A stretch of DNA of 29,993 nt from Planctomycetota bacterium (GTDB taxonomy: Bacteria > Planctomycetota > Planctomycetia > Pirellulales > Lacipirellulaceae): contig JBCCXZ010000054.1 in the NCBI GenBank assembly GCA_039190745.1, positions 1 to 29,993 on the forward strand, read 5' to 3'. Positions 21,841 through 29,993 of this stretch are shown here, in pieces. Position 1 is the first letter of the stretch; each line of letters opens with the position of its first letter. The position numbers and the translations under genes are program-made. A model generated the notes under the pieces. That model worked only from the letters and a program-made list of their open reading frames with translations. It made no database searches and had not been told where the DNA came from.

Positions 21841-22446
21841 CTACCAGGGCTCTTCCATCGTGCCGACGATCTGCTCGGCGAGCCGCTGGATGGCCTTCTG
21901 TTGCTCACCGGCGAGCGACTGTCCGCCTTCGGGGATCAGCGTGGCGGTCTGCGTGAACGGCACCAGCGCCGGCGGGATCGGCAGCGTCTGGCCGGGCACG
22001 ATTGGCTGCCGGCGACGGTTGACCCAAGCGACCTCCGCGAACAGGCCGAGCTCGGTCACGCGGGGGTCGTCATTTTGGTTCTCGTAGAGCACGGTCTTGG
22101 TGTCGGTCACCAGACGGGCGGAGAGGACGCTGTCGGCGTCGGGCGTGCCGACCACCTTAAACGGCGTCTTCAGCTCGATTTCTTTGACCACCGCCTCGGT
22201 GAGCCGCTCGCCGAGGTCGCGCCGGAAGCTAGTCGAAGAGATCATCGGGACGTAGACCGTCGTCACGTCCGGTGCGTAGAGGGCCTGCGAGCCGATGCGG
22301 TACGACGCGCAGCCCGGCAACACAAGGATGACCAACAGCAGGAGCGGGTGGCACTGGCATCTTGCCAGTGTTCCGACTCTCAAGGATTGCACTGGCGAGA
22401 CGCCAGTGCCACCCGACGCTTGGCTAACGGACGACCGTGCCGGCAT
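21841..22446 (-). CDS. lptE: LPS assembly lipoprotein LptE family
   Basis: Lipobox LPGC then ASYRIG; TVYVP...FRRDLGERLTEAVVKEIE; QRLAEQIV. ATG 22446 overlaps the bamD end; exact start uncertain. Confidence 0.75.
   Translation of the reverse strand: MPARSSVSQASGGTGVSPVQSLRVGTLARCQCHPLLLLVILVLPGCASYRIGSQALYAPDVTTVYVPMISSTSFRRDLGERLTEAVVKEIELKTPFKVVGTPDADSVLSARLVTDTKTVLYENQNDDPRVTELGLFAEVAWVNRRRQPIVPGQTLPIPPALVPFTQTATLIPEGGQSLAGEQQKAIQRLAEQIVGTMEEPW
22345..22415. repeat. REP-like doublet inside the lptE 5' coding region
   Basis: CGGGTGGCACTGGCATCTTGCCAGTG (22345-22370) and CACTGGCGAGACGCCAGTGCCACCCG (22390-22415) are 24/26 complementary; each arm contains CACTGGC-N5-GCCAGTG. Confidence 0.85.
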
Positions 22447-23854
22447 CGGCGCCTCCCGCGGCGGGCTCGGTTGCCAGCCGCGTCTCGGACGATTCGCCCA
22501 ACGCCGGCGTACCCGGCTGCAGCAGCGGCACGCTCGCGACCTGCTTGCGCTCGCGGTTCTCGGGCATGTGTTTGACGAGCCAGCCGAGCGGCTCCTCGGG
22601 CGAGTCGGGCTCGCCCTTGATCTCGACGTAGCGGTCCCGCGACTGCACCGCCAACTCGGTCCGGGGGTACTCATTGAACACCCGGGCGTAGTAGAACCGG
22701 GCGCTGCCGAACTCGCTCTTCTCGTCGTAGTACTTGGCCATGTTGAAGTCGCGCAACGCCAGCTCGCGGTTCAGCCGGGCCCGGACCTCGGTCAGGCGGC
22801 CGCGTTCCTCTTCGGAGAGCTCGCCGGCGAATTGCGTGTTGAGCCGCTTGACCATCCGCTTGGCCTCTTGCAGCGGGCTGTCGTCGTAGTCGGGGCCCTG
22901 GTATTTCCGCAGCTTGCACTGCAATCCGAGGATGTGGGCCTCGTACTGGTGCTCGCTGCGGGGGTACTCGGTACGCAGGAGTTCGTAGAAGTAGTCGGCG
23001 TCGGCGTACCGCTCACGGAGAAAGTGCGAGTTGGCGGTCGCCATGATGGAGTCGTCCGCCAGCGGCCCGGTGGGGTCGTTCAGCCGGATGTTCTCGTAAG
23101 TCTTCAAAGCTCTGCCGAGCGTATCCCACGCGGGGAGCGTGTCATTCAGCGGGTTGTTGGGGATCAGTACGTTCTGGGGCTTGTGCCGGTGGTACTTCTC
23201 CCAGTACTGAGCGATGTCGAACTGCCGGCGGACCATCTTGTCGAGGTGCTTCGTGTTGGGGAACTCCGCGATCAGCTCGCCGTACGTGTCGACGGCCGCG
23301 TCGTACTTGGCGGCGAAGAACTGGCTCTCGCCGAGGAAGAACAGGGCGTCCTGCTCGATGGCCGTGCCGCGGCCGCGGCTGGCGGCCTCGTCGAACAGCT
23401 CGGCGGCCTGCTTGTACTCTTGCTTGCGGAAGTGCCCCTCGGCGGCGGCGTAGGCGTCGCGGGCCCGCTGCTCGTCGGGGCCCAGGCCGACGCTTTCTTT
23501 GATCTCTTCGATCCCGCTGGTCACGCGGACGTCGCCGAGCAGACCACCGCTGACCTTCCGGTCGAGGACCTTGGCGACGTGGGAGTTGATCGGCCGGCCC
23601 TCCTCGTCGAAGTAGCCGTCGACGCCCTCGACCTGGTAGCCGTGCCGGGGGACGAACACCGCTTGCCGCTTGTGCTTCTTCCACCACTCGGGCGTGCCAA
23701 CAGGGGCGCTGGAGGAAAGCAGGTTTGGCGTGCTCCACTCGGTCGGGTTCAGGCTCACAGAAGCGCAGCCGACGGCCGACAGGCACCAGAGCAGGATGAG
23801 GCTGTGCCTTATGAGGCTGCGGGTGGTGCGGCTGTGGTTGATGCAACTGGGCAT
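22424..23854 (-). CDS. TPR lipoprotein, BamD-like outer-membrane assembly factor
   Basis: Lipobox AVGC; multiple TPRs (ALFFLGESQF...Y..LI.EFP; YELLRTEYPRS; ARFYYARVFNEYPRT); adjacent to lptE. Start taken at ATG 23854. Confidence 0.75.
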   Translation of the reverse strand: MPSCINHSRTTRSLIRHSLILLWCLSAVGCASVSLNPTEWSTPNLLSSSAPVGTPEWWKKHKRQAVFVPRHGYQVEGVDGYFDEEGRPINSHVAKVLDRKVSGGLLGDVRVTSGIEEIKESVGLGPDEQRARDAYAAAEGHFRKQEYKQAAELFDEAASRGRGTAIEQDALFFLGESQFFAAKYDAAVDTYGELIAEFPNTKHLDKMVRRQFDIAQYWEKYHRHKPQNVLIPNNPLNDTLPAWDTLGRALKTYENIRLNDPTGPLADDSIMATANSHFLRERYADADYFYELLRTEYPRSEHQYEAHILGLQCKLRKYQGPDYDDSPLQEAKRMVKRLNTQFAGELSEEERGRLTEVRARLNRELALRDFNMAKYYDEKSEFGSARFYYARVFNEYPRTELAVQSRDRYVEIKGEPDSPEEPLGWLVKHMPENRERKQVASVPLLQPGTPALGESSETRLATEPAAGGADAGTVVR

Positions 23855-24039
23855 GGCGTGCGGTTCGTTCCGCCGAAATCGTCTCAGCGGGCGCGGATAA
23901 GTCTGAGGAAGAGTTCCGCCGCAGGCACGGGGCGTCTGGCGGCGCGGCGGGAGAGTAGGCGACGCCGCGGGGCCCGGCAAGAGCACCCGCGACGGCACAG
24001 AAGAGCGGCCACGCGGGCGGTGCTGTCGATGCTAGCGGG

Positions 24040-25314
24040 CTACGCGCTCTCGAGGCGGCCCGAGTCGATCCGCTGCACCCGCACCCGCAAGATGCGCCGC
24101 TTCGTGACCTCCAGCACCTCGATGTAGGCCGTTTCGTTCCAGCGGAAACTCTCGCCGGTCCGGGGCACGCGGCCCAATTCGGTGAAGACGAAGCCGCCGA
24201 TCGTGTCGAAGTCGCCGTCGTCCGGCAGGCTGATCCGGAGCGCTTCGTTCACGTCGTCGACGTGGGCCCTGCCGAGGGCCTCGCAGGTCGTCTCGTTGAT
24301 GAGCACGATTTCCTGTTCCTCTTCGGCGTCGTACTCGTCGACGATCTCACCGACGATCTCTTCGAGCACGTCCTCGATCGTTACCAGGCCCGAGACGCCG
24401 CCGTACTCGTCCATCACCATCGCGATGTGGGTGCGGGTCTGCTGGAACATCTGCAGCAGGTCGTCCAGCCGCTTGGTTTCGGGAACGAAGAGCGCTTTGC
24501 GGACCAACTCGCGAATCGGGGTCCGCGAGCCGGCGTCGCCGGTGGCCAGTTCCGGCAGCAAGTCTTTGCTGTAGAGCACGCCGACGATGTCGTCGCGGTC
24601 TTCGCTGTAGGCGGGGATGCGGGTGTGGGCCGACTCGATCACGTCGGCGACCACCTCTTCCCACGGTTCGTCGACCTGCACCATCTTCATGTCGGTGCGG
24701 GGCGTCATGATCTTCGAGACGTCCGCGTCGCCGAGCTCGATGACGCCCTCGATCATCTCGCGGGCGTCCTCTTCCAAGAGGCCCTCCCGGTGGCCCTCGG
24801 TGACGATGGTGCGGATCTCTTCCTCGAAGGTCTCTTCGTCCATCGACTCGGGGGTGCGTCCGAGCAAGCGGTGCAGCCCGGTGTCAAGGAGCTTCGCCAC
24901 CCAGACCGCGGGCGTGGCCGCCGCGGCCAACACCTTCCAGAGCGGCCACGTCGCGGCGAGGAAGGGCTCCGCGAACACACGTGACGCGGCCCACGGCAGA
25001 CACGTAAAGCAGACCACCAGCGTGACGAACTCCGCGAACACGAAGGGCAGCGGCGCAGCCTCTGCGTTGGTGAACACGAAACCGGTCGCCACGACCAGCA
25101 CGGCGATCGACAGCGTCAGCAGCACCTCGGCCCCGAGCGCGACCCCCTCGTGCAGACGGAGGATCTCGCCGAAGCGGTCGCTCAGGCCGCGGCGGCTGCA
25201 GACCTCTTCCAACTCGTGCCGCGAGAAATCTCGCAGGGCGCGGACGCCGAGGCTGGCAAACACCGTGGCGGCCGCTCCGGCCGCGAACATCCAGTATGCG
25301 GCGGCGGCGCTCAT
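24040..25314 (-). CDS. HlyC/CorC-family protein (DUF21 + CBS pair + CorC domain)
   Basis: N-terminal TM region, IMTPRTDM, HTRIP, FVPETK, DEYGGVSGLVTIEDVLEEIVGEIVDEYD, DTIGGFV. Confidence 0.92.
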   Translation of the reverse strand: MSAAAAYWMFAAGAAATVFASLGVRALRDFSRHELEEVCSRRGLSDRFGEILRLHEGVALGAEVLLTLSIAVLVVATGFVFTNAEAAPLPFVFAEFVTLVVCFTCLPWAASRVFAEPFLAATWPLWKVLAAAATPAVWVAKLLDTGLHRLLGRTPESMDEETFEEEIRTIVTEGHREGLLEEDAREMIEGVIELGDADVSKIMTPRTDMKMVQVDEPWEEVVADVIESAHTRIPAYSEDRDDIVGVLYSKDLLPELATGDAGSRTPIRELVRKALFVPETKRLDDLLQMFQQTRTHIAMVMDEYGGVSGLVTIEDVLEEIVGEIVDEYDAEEEQEIVLINETTCEALGRAHVDDVNEALRISLPDDGDFDTIGGFVFTELGRVPRTGESFRWNETAYIEVLEVTKRRILRVRVQRIDSGRLESA

Positions 25315-25850
25315 CCGGGCTGCGGCTCCGTGACGCCCAGGGCGCCCAGCACCCGCGACTCGGCAAGGCGCATCTCGGCCGCGGCCTCGGGCTCTTTGTC
25401 TTCGTAGCCAACCAGGTGCAGCGTGCCGTGCACCACGTAGAGCAGCGTTTCGTCGACTGGCGTTCGCCCGAACTCCGCGGCGTTCGACGCGGCCGTGTCG
25501 GTGCTGACGACCACCTCCCCCTGCAGCGGCTCGCCCGGCTCGGAGAGCGTGAAGCTGATGACGTCGGTCGGGTAGTCGTGGCGGAGGTACTCGTGGTTGA
25601 CGCGGTGGATGGTCTCGTCGGAGACCAGCGCGACGCTCACTTGGGCCGCCTCGACCGAAGCGTCGGCCAGCGCCGCGCGGACTGCGTCACGGACCCGGCC
25701 CTCTTGGATGGCGAGCTTCGATTGCTCGTCGGCGACCTGGACGTCGATAGCGGCGGCCCCCGCGGGCGGCGGACACTCGGCCTCGTCCGACAGACCGCTG
25801 GACGGGCTTTCCGCTTCGGGGCGTGTTTCGGGTTCCGGAAGAGGAGGCAT
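25311..25850 (-). CDS. ybeY: rRNA maturation endoribonuclease YbeY
   Basis: N..YL.HDYPTDVISF, GEVVVS, HGTLHLVGYED. The third His of the canonical HGxLHLxGYDH motif is absent. Confidence 0.9.
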   Translation of the reverse strand: MPPLPEPETRPEAESPSSGLSDEAECPPPAGAAAIDVQVADEQSKLAIQEGRVRDAVRAALADASVEAAQVSVALVSDETIHRVNHEYLRHDYPTDVISFTLSEPGEPLQGEVVVSTDTAASNAAEFGRTPVDETLLYVVHGTLHLVGYEDKEPEAAAEMRLAESRVLGALGVTEPQPG

Positions 25851-28112
25851 TTAGGCGGATTCTTGTCCCGGGTACTTCACGCGGCCATGGTACACCGCGG
25901 TCAGCGATTTGACCAAACTCTCGCCCACGGTGTGCAGTTCTTCGAGGGTCAGACCGCACTCGTCAAACTGCCCGTCCAGGAGCCGCTTCATCGAGATGTC
26001 CTCCACCAGGTTCTCGATCCGCGATGCGGTCGGCTCCTTCAGAGCCCGGCTGGCGCTTTCCACGGCGTCGGCAAGCATGAGCACGCCCGCCTCGCGCGAC
26101 TGCGGCTTCGGGCCGGGGTAGCGGAACGAGCTCTCGTCGATCTCCCCGCCGTCGGGGTCGTTGCTCTGCTGCTCGCTCGCTTGGCGGTAGAAGTACTCCA
26201 CTAGCGTGGTGCCGTGGTGCTGCTGGATAAAGTCGATAATCGGCTCGGGCAGGTGGTGCTGGCGGCCGAGGTCGGCGCCGTCTTTGACGTGGGCGATGAT
26301 GACCAGCGTGCTCATCGCCGGCACGAGGGCGTCGTGGCGGTTGTCGCCGGACTGGTTCTCGATGAAGTAGCCCGGCTTGAGCATCTTGCCGATGTCGTGG
26401 AAGTAGGCGCCCACGCGGACCAGCAAGCCGCGGGCGCCGATCGACTCGGCGGCCGCCTCGGCCAGCGAGGCGACCGTGATGGAATGGTTGTAAGTACCCG
26501 GCGCCCGGCGGATGAGCTCCTGCAGCAGCGGGTGGGCGGGGTCGCCCAGCTCGATGAGGCTGAGGTCGGTCTGCACGCGGAACACCCGCTCGACCGTCGG
26601 CAGCAGCACGGTCATCAACGCCCCGGCGAAGAACGACCAACCGGCCATCCGCAGACCGCGTTCGAGCAGCAGATCGATCGGGTCGCCGCTCAGCGAGCCA
26701 ACGCCGACGGTCGTGAACAGCGAGACCCCCGCGGCGATCGACCCCACGGCAAACAACTTGCTGCGGGTCCGCACGTCGCGGAGCGAGAGGATCGACCCGG
26801 CTGCGGCGGCCATCACCACAAGGGTGTGGTCGAGGTTGTGGTCGAGCGCCACGGCCGCGACCAACACCACCGCGGCGGTGAGCAGCAGAGCCATCTCCTG
26901 TTGGTACGCCACGGTGACGGTCATCGCAAAAATCAGGAGCGGCACCAGCTCGGCGCCCCAGGCGTGCGGGTAGGCCATCAGCGCGGCGGCGACAACAATC
27001 AGCACCAGGGCGAGCATCTTGCAAAACTGGCCCAGGTCCGAAAGCACTTCGCTGTCGCGGGCCTTCAGATAGAACCCGCACAGGGTGTAGAGCGCGATGT
27101 AGAGGCCGAAGACGGCCAGGCTGCGTTCGACCTTTCCGGCCCAGGTCTGGTTGCCGAGCATCTGCGTGTGCTCCAGCCCCAGGAGCTCGATGTCCTGGGC
27201 GTCTAGCGGCCGGCCGGCCTTGGCGAGCGTGTCTTCGCCGTGCCGGTAGGTCTTGGTCTGCACCGGCACCCCGTCGGCGGCCTCGTCCTGCGAGCGGCGG
27301 GTCTGCTCCACGTTCTGCTCGAGGGTCGGCTCCAGCTGCGGGGCGAGCCAGGCGTAGACCCGCTGGCTAATCTCGAGCGACGCCATCTCTTCGTTCAAAG
27401 TGCGGAGCAGGGTTGCTTGAACGCCCTCAACGAGCAGATCCGAGGTCTCCCGCTTCGCAGGGGCCGCGTAGTCGTCGCCGTCGAGTACGCGGACGAAGAC
27501 CTCGCTCGCGTTGGCGCCCTCGGGCAGGCTTTCGAGGATGCCCCACTGCATGATCGGGGCCAGCGACGCATCGACGCCCCGCTCGAAGCCTTCGATCGCG
27601 TCTTCACTCTCGAACGCCTTCCGCAGCCGGGCGAACTGCTCTTCGAGTTCTTCCTGCGTGGGGTCCGGGGTGCCGGGGGCGGCCGGCAAGCTGAACCGGG
27701 CCCAGAGCTCGGGGTCGGCGGCCTCGAGGTTCTCTTCCGAGAGCAGCTCGCCGATCTCCGCGACGAGCTTGGCCCGCAGTTGTGAGATCGGGGCCGCGTC
27801 GTGATCGTACACCGCCACCGCCAGGTCACGGGCCTTCTTGCGTGCTTCTGCGGTCGCCTCGATGTCGGGCTGTTTGAAGTCGACCCGCGCGACGATGTCG
27901 CGGAAGGGCACATCGCCTTCACGCGGCTCGAACGGCGGCTCCCAGCCGTGCGACAGCCCCCACAGCACAACTGCCAGCAGGACGCACAGCCCCAGGCGCA
28001 GCAGCACGGCGCCGCGTTGCAACTGGTGCAACGCGGTCGCCCACGGGCCGGGCGGGAGCTCGACCGAAGCGACGCGTTGCTGCCGGGTGCGTTTCTGATT
28101 GCCGTTGGCCAT
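25851..28112 (-). CDS. 7TM-HD family phosphohydrolase (PgpH-like cyclic dinucleotide phosphodiesterase)
   Basis: N-terminal TM, large extracellular domain, 7TM region, APGTYNHS, YFHDIGKM..P.YFIENQ, HHGT, FRYPGPKPQ, MLADAVESA; located between phoH and ybeY. Confidence 0.88.
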   Translation of the reverse strand: MANGNQKRTRQQRVASVELPPGPWATALHQLQRGAVLLRLGLCVLLAVVLWGLSHGWEPPFEPREGDVPFRDIVARVDFKQPDIEATAEARKKARDLAVAVYDHDAAPISQLRAKLVAEIGELLSEENLEAADPELWARFSLPAAPGTPDPTQEELEEQFARLRKAFESEDAIEGFERGVDASLAPIMQWGILESLPEGANASEVFVRVLDGDDYAAPAKRETSDLLVEGVQATLLRTLNEEMASLEISQRVYAWLAPQLEPTLEQNVEQTRRSQDEAADGVPVQTKTYRHGEDTLAKAGRPLDAQDIELLGLEHTQMLGNQTWAGKVERSLAVFGLYIALYTLCGFYLKARDSEVLSDLGQFCKMLALVLIVVAAALMAYPHAWGAELVPLLIFAMTVTVAYQQEMALLLTAAVVLVAAVALDHNLDHTLVVMAAAAGSILSLRDVRTRSKLFAVGSIAAGVSLFTTVGVGSLSGDPIDLLLERGLRMAGWSFFAGALMTVLLPTVERVFRVQTDLSLIELGDPAHPLLQELIRRAPGTYNHSITVASLAEAAAESIGARGLLVRVGAYFHDIGKMLKPGYFIENQSGDNRHDALVPAMSTLVIIAHVKDGADLGRQHHLPEPIIDFIQQHHGTTLVEYFYRQASEQQSNDPDGGEIDESSFRYPGPKPQSREAGVLMLADAVESASRALKEPTASRIENLVEDISMKRLLDGQFDECGLTLEELHTVGESLVKSLTAVYHGRVKYPGQESA

Positions 28113-28132
28113 GCGGGGGGCAGCCCGGGGGG

Positions 28133-29080
28133 CTACTTCTTCTTTTTGGGCGTTTCGTCGTAAGCGCGGACGATGTCTTGCACCAGCCGGTGCCGGACAA
28201 TGTCCTGCGGGGAAAGCCGCACCTGCGCAAAACCCTCGATGTTCTTCAGACGCGAGAGCGCGTCGATCAGCCCGCTCTTGGTGTGCGGCGGGAGGTCGAT
28301 CTGTGTGGTGTCACCGGAGATCACTACGCGAGAGCCCTCGCCCATGCGGGTGAGGAACATCTTCATCTGCGAGACGGTCGTGTTCTGCGCCTCGTCCATA
28401 ATGATGAAGGCGTTGTTGAGCGTCCGGCCTCGCATGTACGCCAGCGGGACGACCTCGATGACATCGTCGTCCATGTAGCGGCGGACCTGCTCGAAGTCCA
28501 TCATCTCCCGGAGGGCGTCCAGCAGCGGCCGCAGGTACGGATTGATTTTTGCTTGGAGGTCGCCGGGGAGGTAACCGAGGCTCTCACCCGCCTCGACCGC
28601 GGGGCGGACGAGGACGATCTTGCGGATGCGCTGCTCCTTGAGCGCCTCCACGGCGGTGGCCACGGCGAGGTAGGTCTTGCCCGTACCGGCGGGGCCGATG
28701 CAGAACACCAGCTCGCGGTCGCGGATGGCTTTGACGTACGCCGCTTGGCCGCCGGTGCGGGGCTTGATCGATTTGCCGATCTGCACGTCGATCGGCGCCG
28801 TTTGAACCTGCGGGCCGTCGCCGGTGACGCGGTCCAGCATGCGCGTCACCTGGTCGGCGAGCACGTGCCCCTCGCGGCTCACCGCGTCGCGGAGCTCTTC
28901 CAGAACGGCGGTCGCTTCGGCCACGGCCTGCTCTTCGCCCTGCACGAAGATCTGGCCGTCGCGGGCAGATATTTTGGCGGCGGGGATGGTGCTGCGGATC
29001 TGCTTCAGATGCTGATCGTTGGTCCCGAACAGCCGAAGAAGCCGGTCGGGGTCACCCACCGAGATGGTCGCTTCGATCAT
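28133..29080 (-). CDS. phoH: PhoH-family ATPase
   Basis: GPAGTGKTYLA, RPAVEAGESLGYLPGD, PLAYMRGRTL, DEAQN, GDTTQIDL, VRHRLV. Start taken at ATG 29080. Confidence 0.95.
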   Translation of the reverse strand: MIEATISVGDPDRLLRLFGTNDQHLKQIRSTIPAAKISARDGQIFVQGEEQAVAEATAVLEELRDAVSREGHVLADQVTRMLDRVTGDGPQVQTAPIDVQIGKSIKPRTGGQAAYVKAIRDRELVFCIGPAGTGKTYLAVATAVEALKEQRIRKIVLVRPAVEAGESLGYLPGDLQAKINPYLRPLLDALREMMDFEQVRRYMDDDVIEVVPLAYMRGRTLNNAFIIMDEAQNTTVSQMKMFLTRMGEGSRVVISGDTTQIDLPPHTKSGLIDALSRLKNIEGFAQVRLSPQDIVRHRLVQDIVRAYDETPKKKK

Positions 29081-29335
29081 GCGGAAGACGACCGCGCCCT
29101 GGCGGCCGCCTGATGACTGATATCCCGGCGGGGACGGCGAAGGCCCCCTGCTCTGCCCCGGGAACCGCGGATCAACCTGAAACGCGGCACGTGTGCTAGC
29201 CACGTCAACTATACCTAACGCCTTAGGCCGGCCACCACCGTTTGTGCCGAGAAATCACGATAAGTCGCTTCATAACAGTCACTTGCGATGCCCTCGATTC
29301 GCCCGACGGGGGCCCTGCCACCCCGACAAACCGCC

Positions 29336-29993
29336 TTACCACCACAAGACGGCCAGCGGAGCGGTCATCAACAGCGAGTCGAGCACGTCGAGCACGCCAC
29401 CCATGCCGGGCAGCCAGTCGCTGGAGTCTTTCACCCCCGAGTCGCGTTTGAGAAGCGACTCGGTCAGGTCGCCGACGACCCCGATCACGTTCAGGAAGAA
29501 GCAATAGACGCCCGTGCCGATGAGGCTCGGCTGCCGGTCGGGGTTGAACTCGGGAACGACCCAGCAGAGCAGAAGCGCCGAGACGACCGTTGATATTGCG
29601 ATTCCGCCGAGCGTACCCTCCCACGTCTTGCCGGGGCTCAGCCGTGGCGCGAGCTTGGTGCGTCCGAATAGCCGCCCCACGGCGTACTGCCCGGTGTCAC
29701 TCAGTTTGACGGTAAAGATCAGCGATCCGAGCGCGACCAGCCCCATCGCACCCTCTTCTGCGTTGGAGGGGTCGTCGAACAAGCGGAGCCGGACGAGGAA
29801 GCTCATCAACACCCCGACGTACAACACCGAGAGCGAGCCGAGCCCGATGCTGACGATCGACGACTTCATCGCCGCCTCGCCGGGGGGGTGGTCTTCTGTG
29901 GTGAAACGTCGCAACTCGCCGAGCAGCGAGACGAACAGCCCCGCCATGGTCCCCAGCATCAGCCAGCCCATCAGCCCGTAAGGCACGTCGAAA
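29336..29993 (-). CDS. cdsA: Phosphatidate cytidylyltransferase (5' part outside the window)
   Basis: SDTGQYAVGRLFG, SPGKTWEG, GDLTESLLKRDSGVKDS, PGMGGVLDVLDS. Confidence 0.93.
   Translation of the reverse strand, partial: FDVPYGLMGWLMLGTMAGLFVSLLGELRRFTTEDHPPGEAAMKSSIVSIGLGSLSVLYVGVLMSFLVRLRLFDDPSNAEEGAMGLVALGSLIFTVKLSDTGQYAVGRLFGRTKLAPRLSPGKTWEGTLGGIAISTVVSALLLCWVVPEFNPDRQPSLIGTGVYCFFLNVIGVVGDLTESLLKRDSGVKDSSDWLPGMGGVLDVLDSLLMTAPLAVLWW

Overview
GC-rich bacterial chromosomal segment, probably a planctomycete (Pirellulales-like). That assignment is inferred from gene content and style: a PEP-CTERM protein with a dockerin-like motif, a type III glutamine synthetase, and a cdsA-phoH-HD-ybeY-corC-bamD-lptE run. 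Most of the window is housekeeping. In order: Rieske oxygenase + divergent LysR, glnA (GSIII, with a sigma-54 promoter), GntR/ABC operon, carA, three hypotheticals, a GH16 PEP-CTERM protein, asnS, trxB, cstA, a Zn-ribbon protein, fliM, proA, folP, lptE, bamD-like, corC, ybeY, a 7TM-HD phosphodiesterase, phoH and partial cdsA. I saw no tRNA, rRNA, CRISPR, transposase or integrase. The unusual signals are non-coding. (1) A decayed copy of the glnA 3' end and downstream flank at 1-136 makes the Rieske/LysR pair look like a ~2.4-kb islet inserted at the glnA 3' end. (2) Several families of palindromic miniature elements occur: three 73-bp GTAG/GTGG REPIN-like doublets (two nested inside 9-nt-periodic inverted arms), a separate GACAGGAT-periodic hairpin, and two palindromes that overlap coding sequence, one apparently translated in-frame in the LptE signal peptide. 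Gene calls come from motif recognition in the translations, not from database searches.
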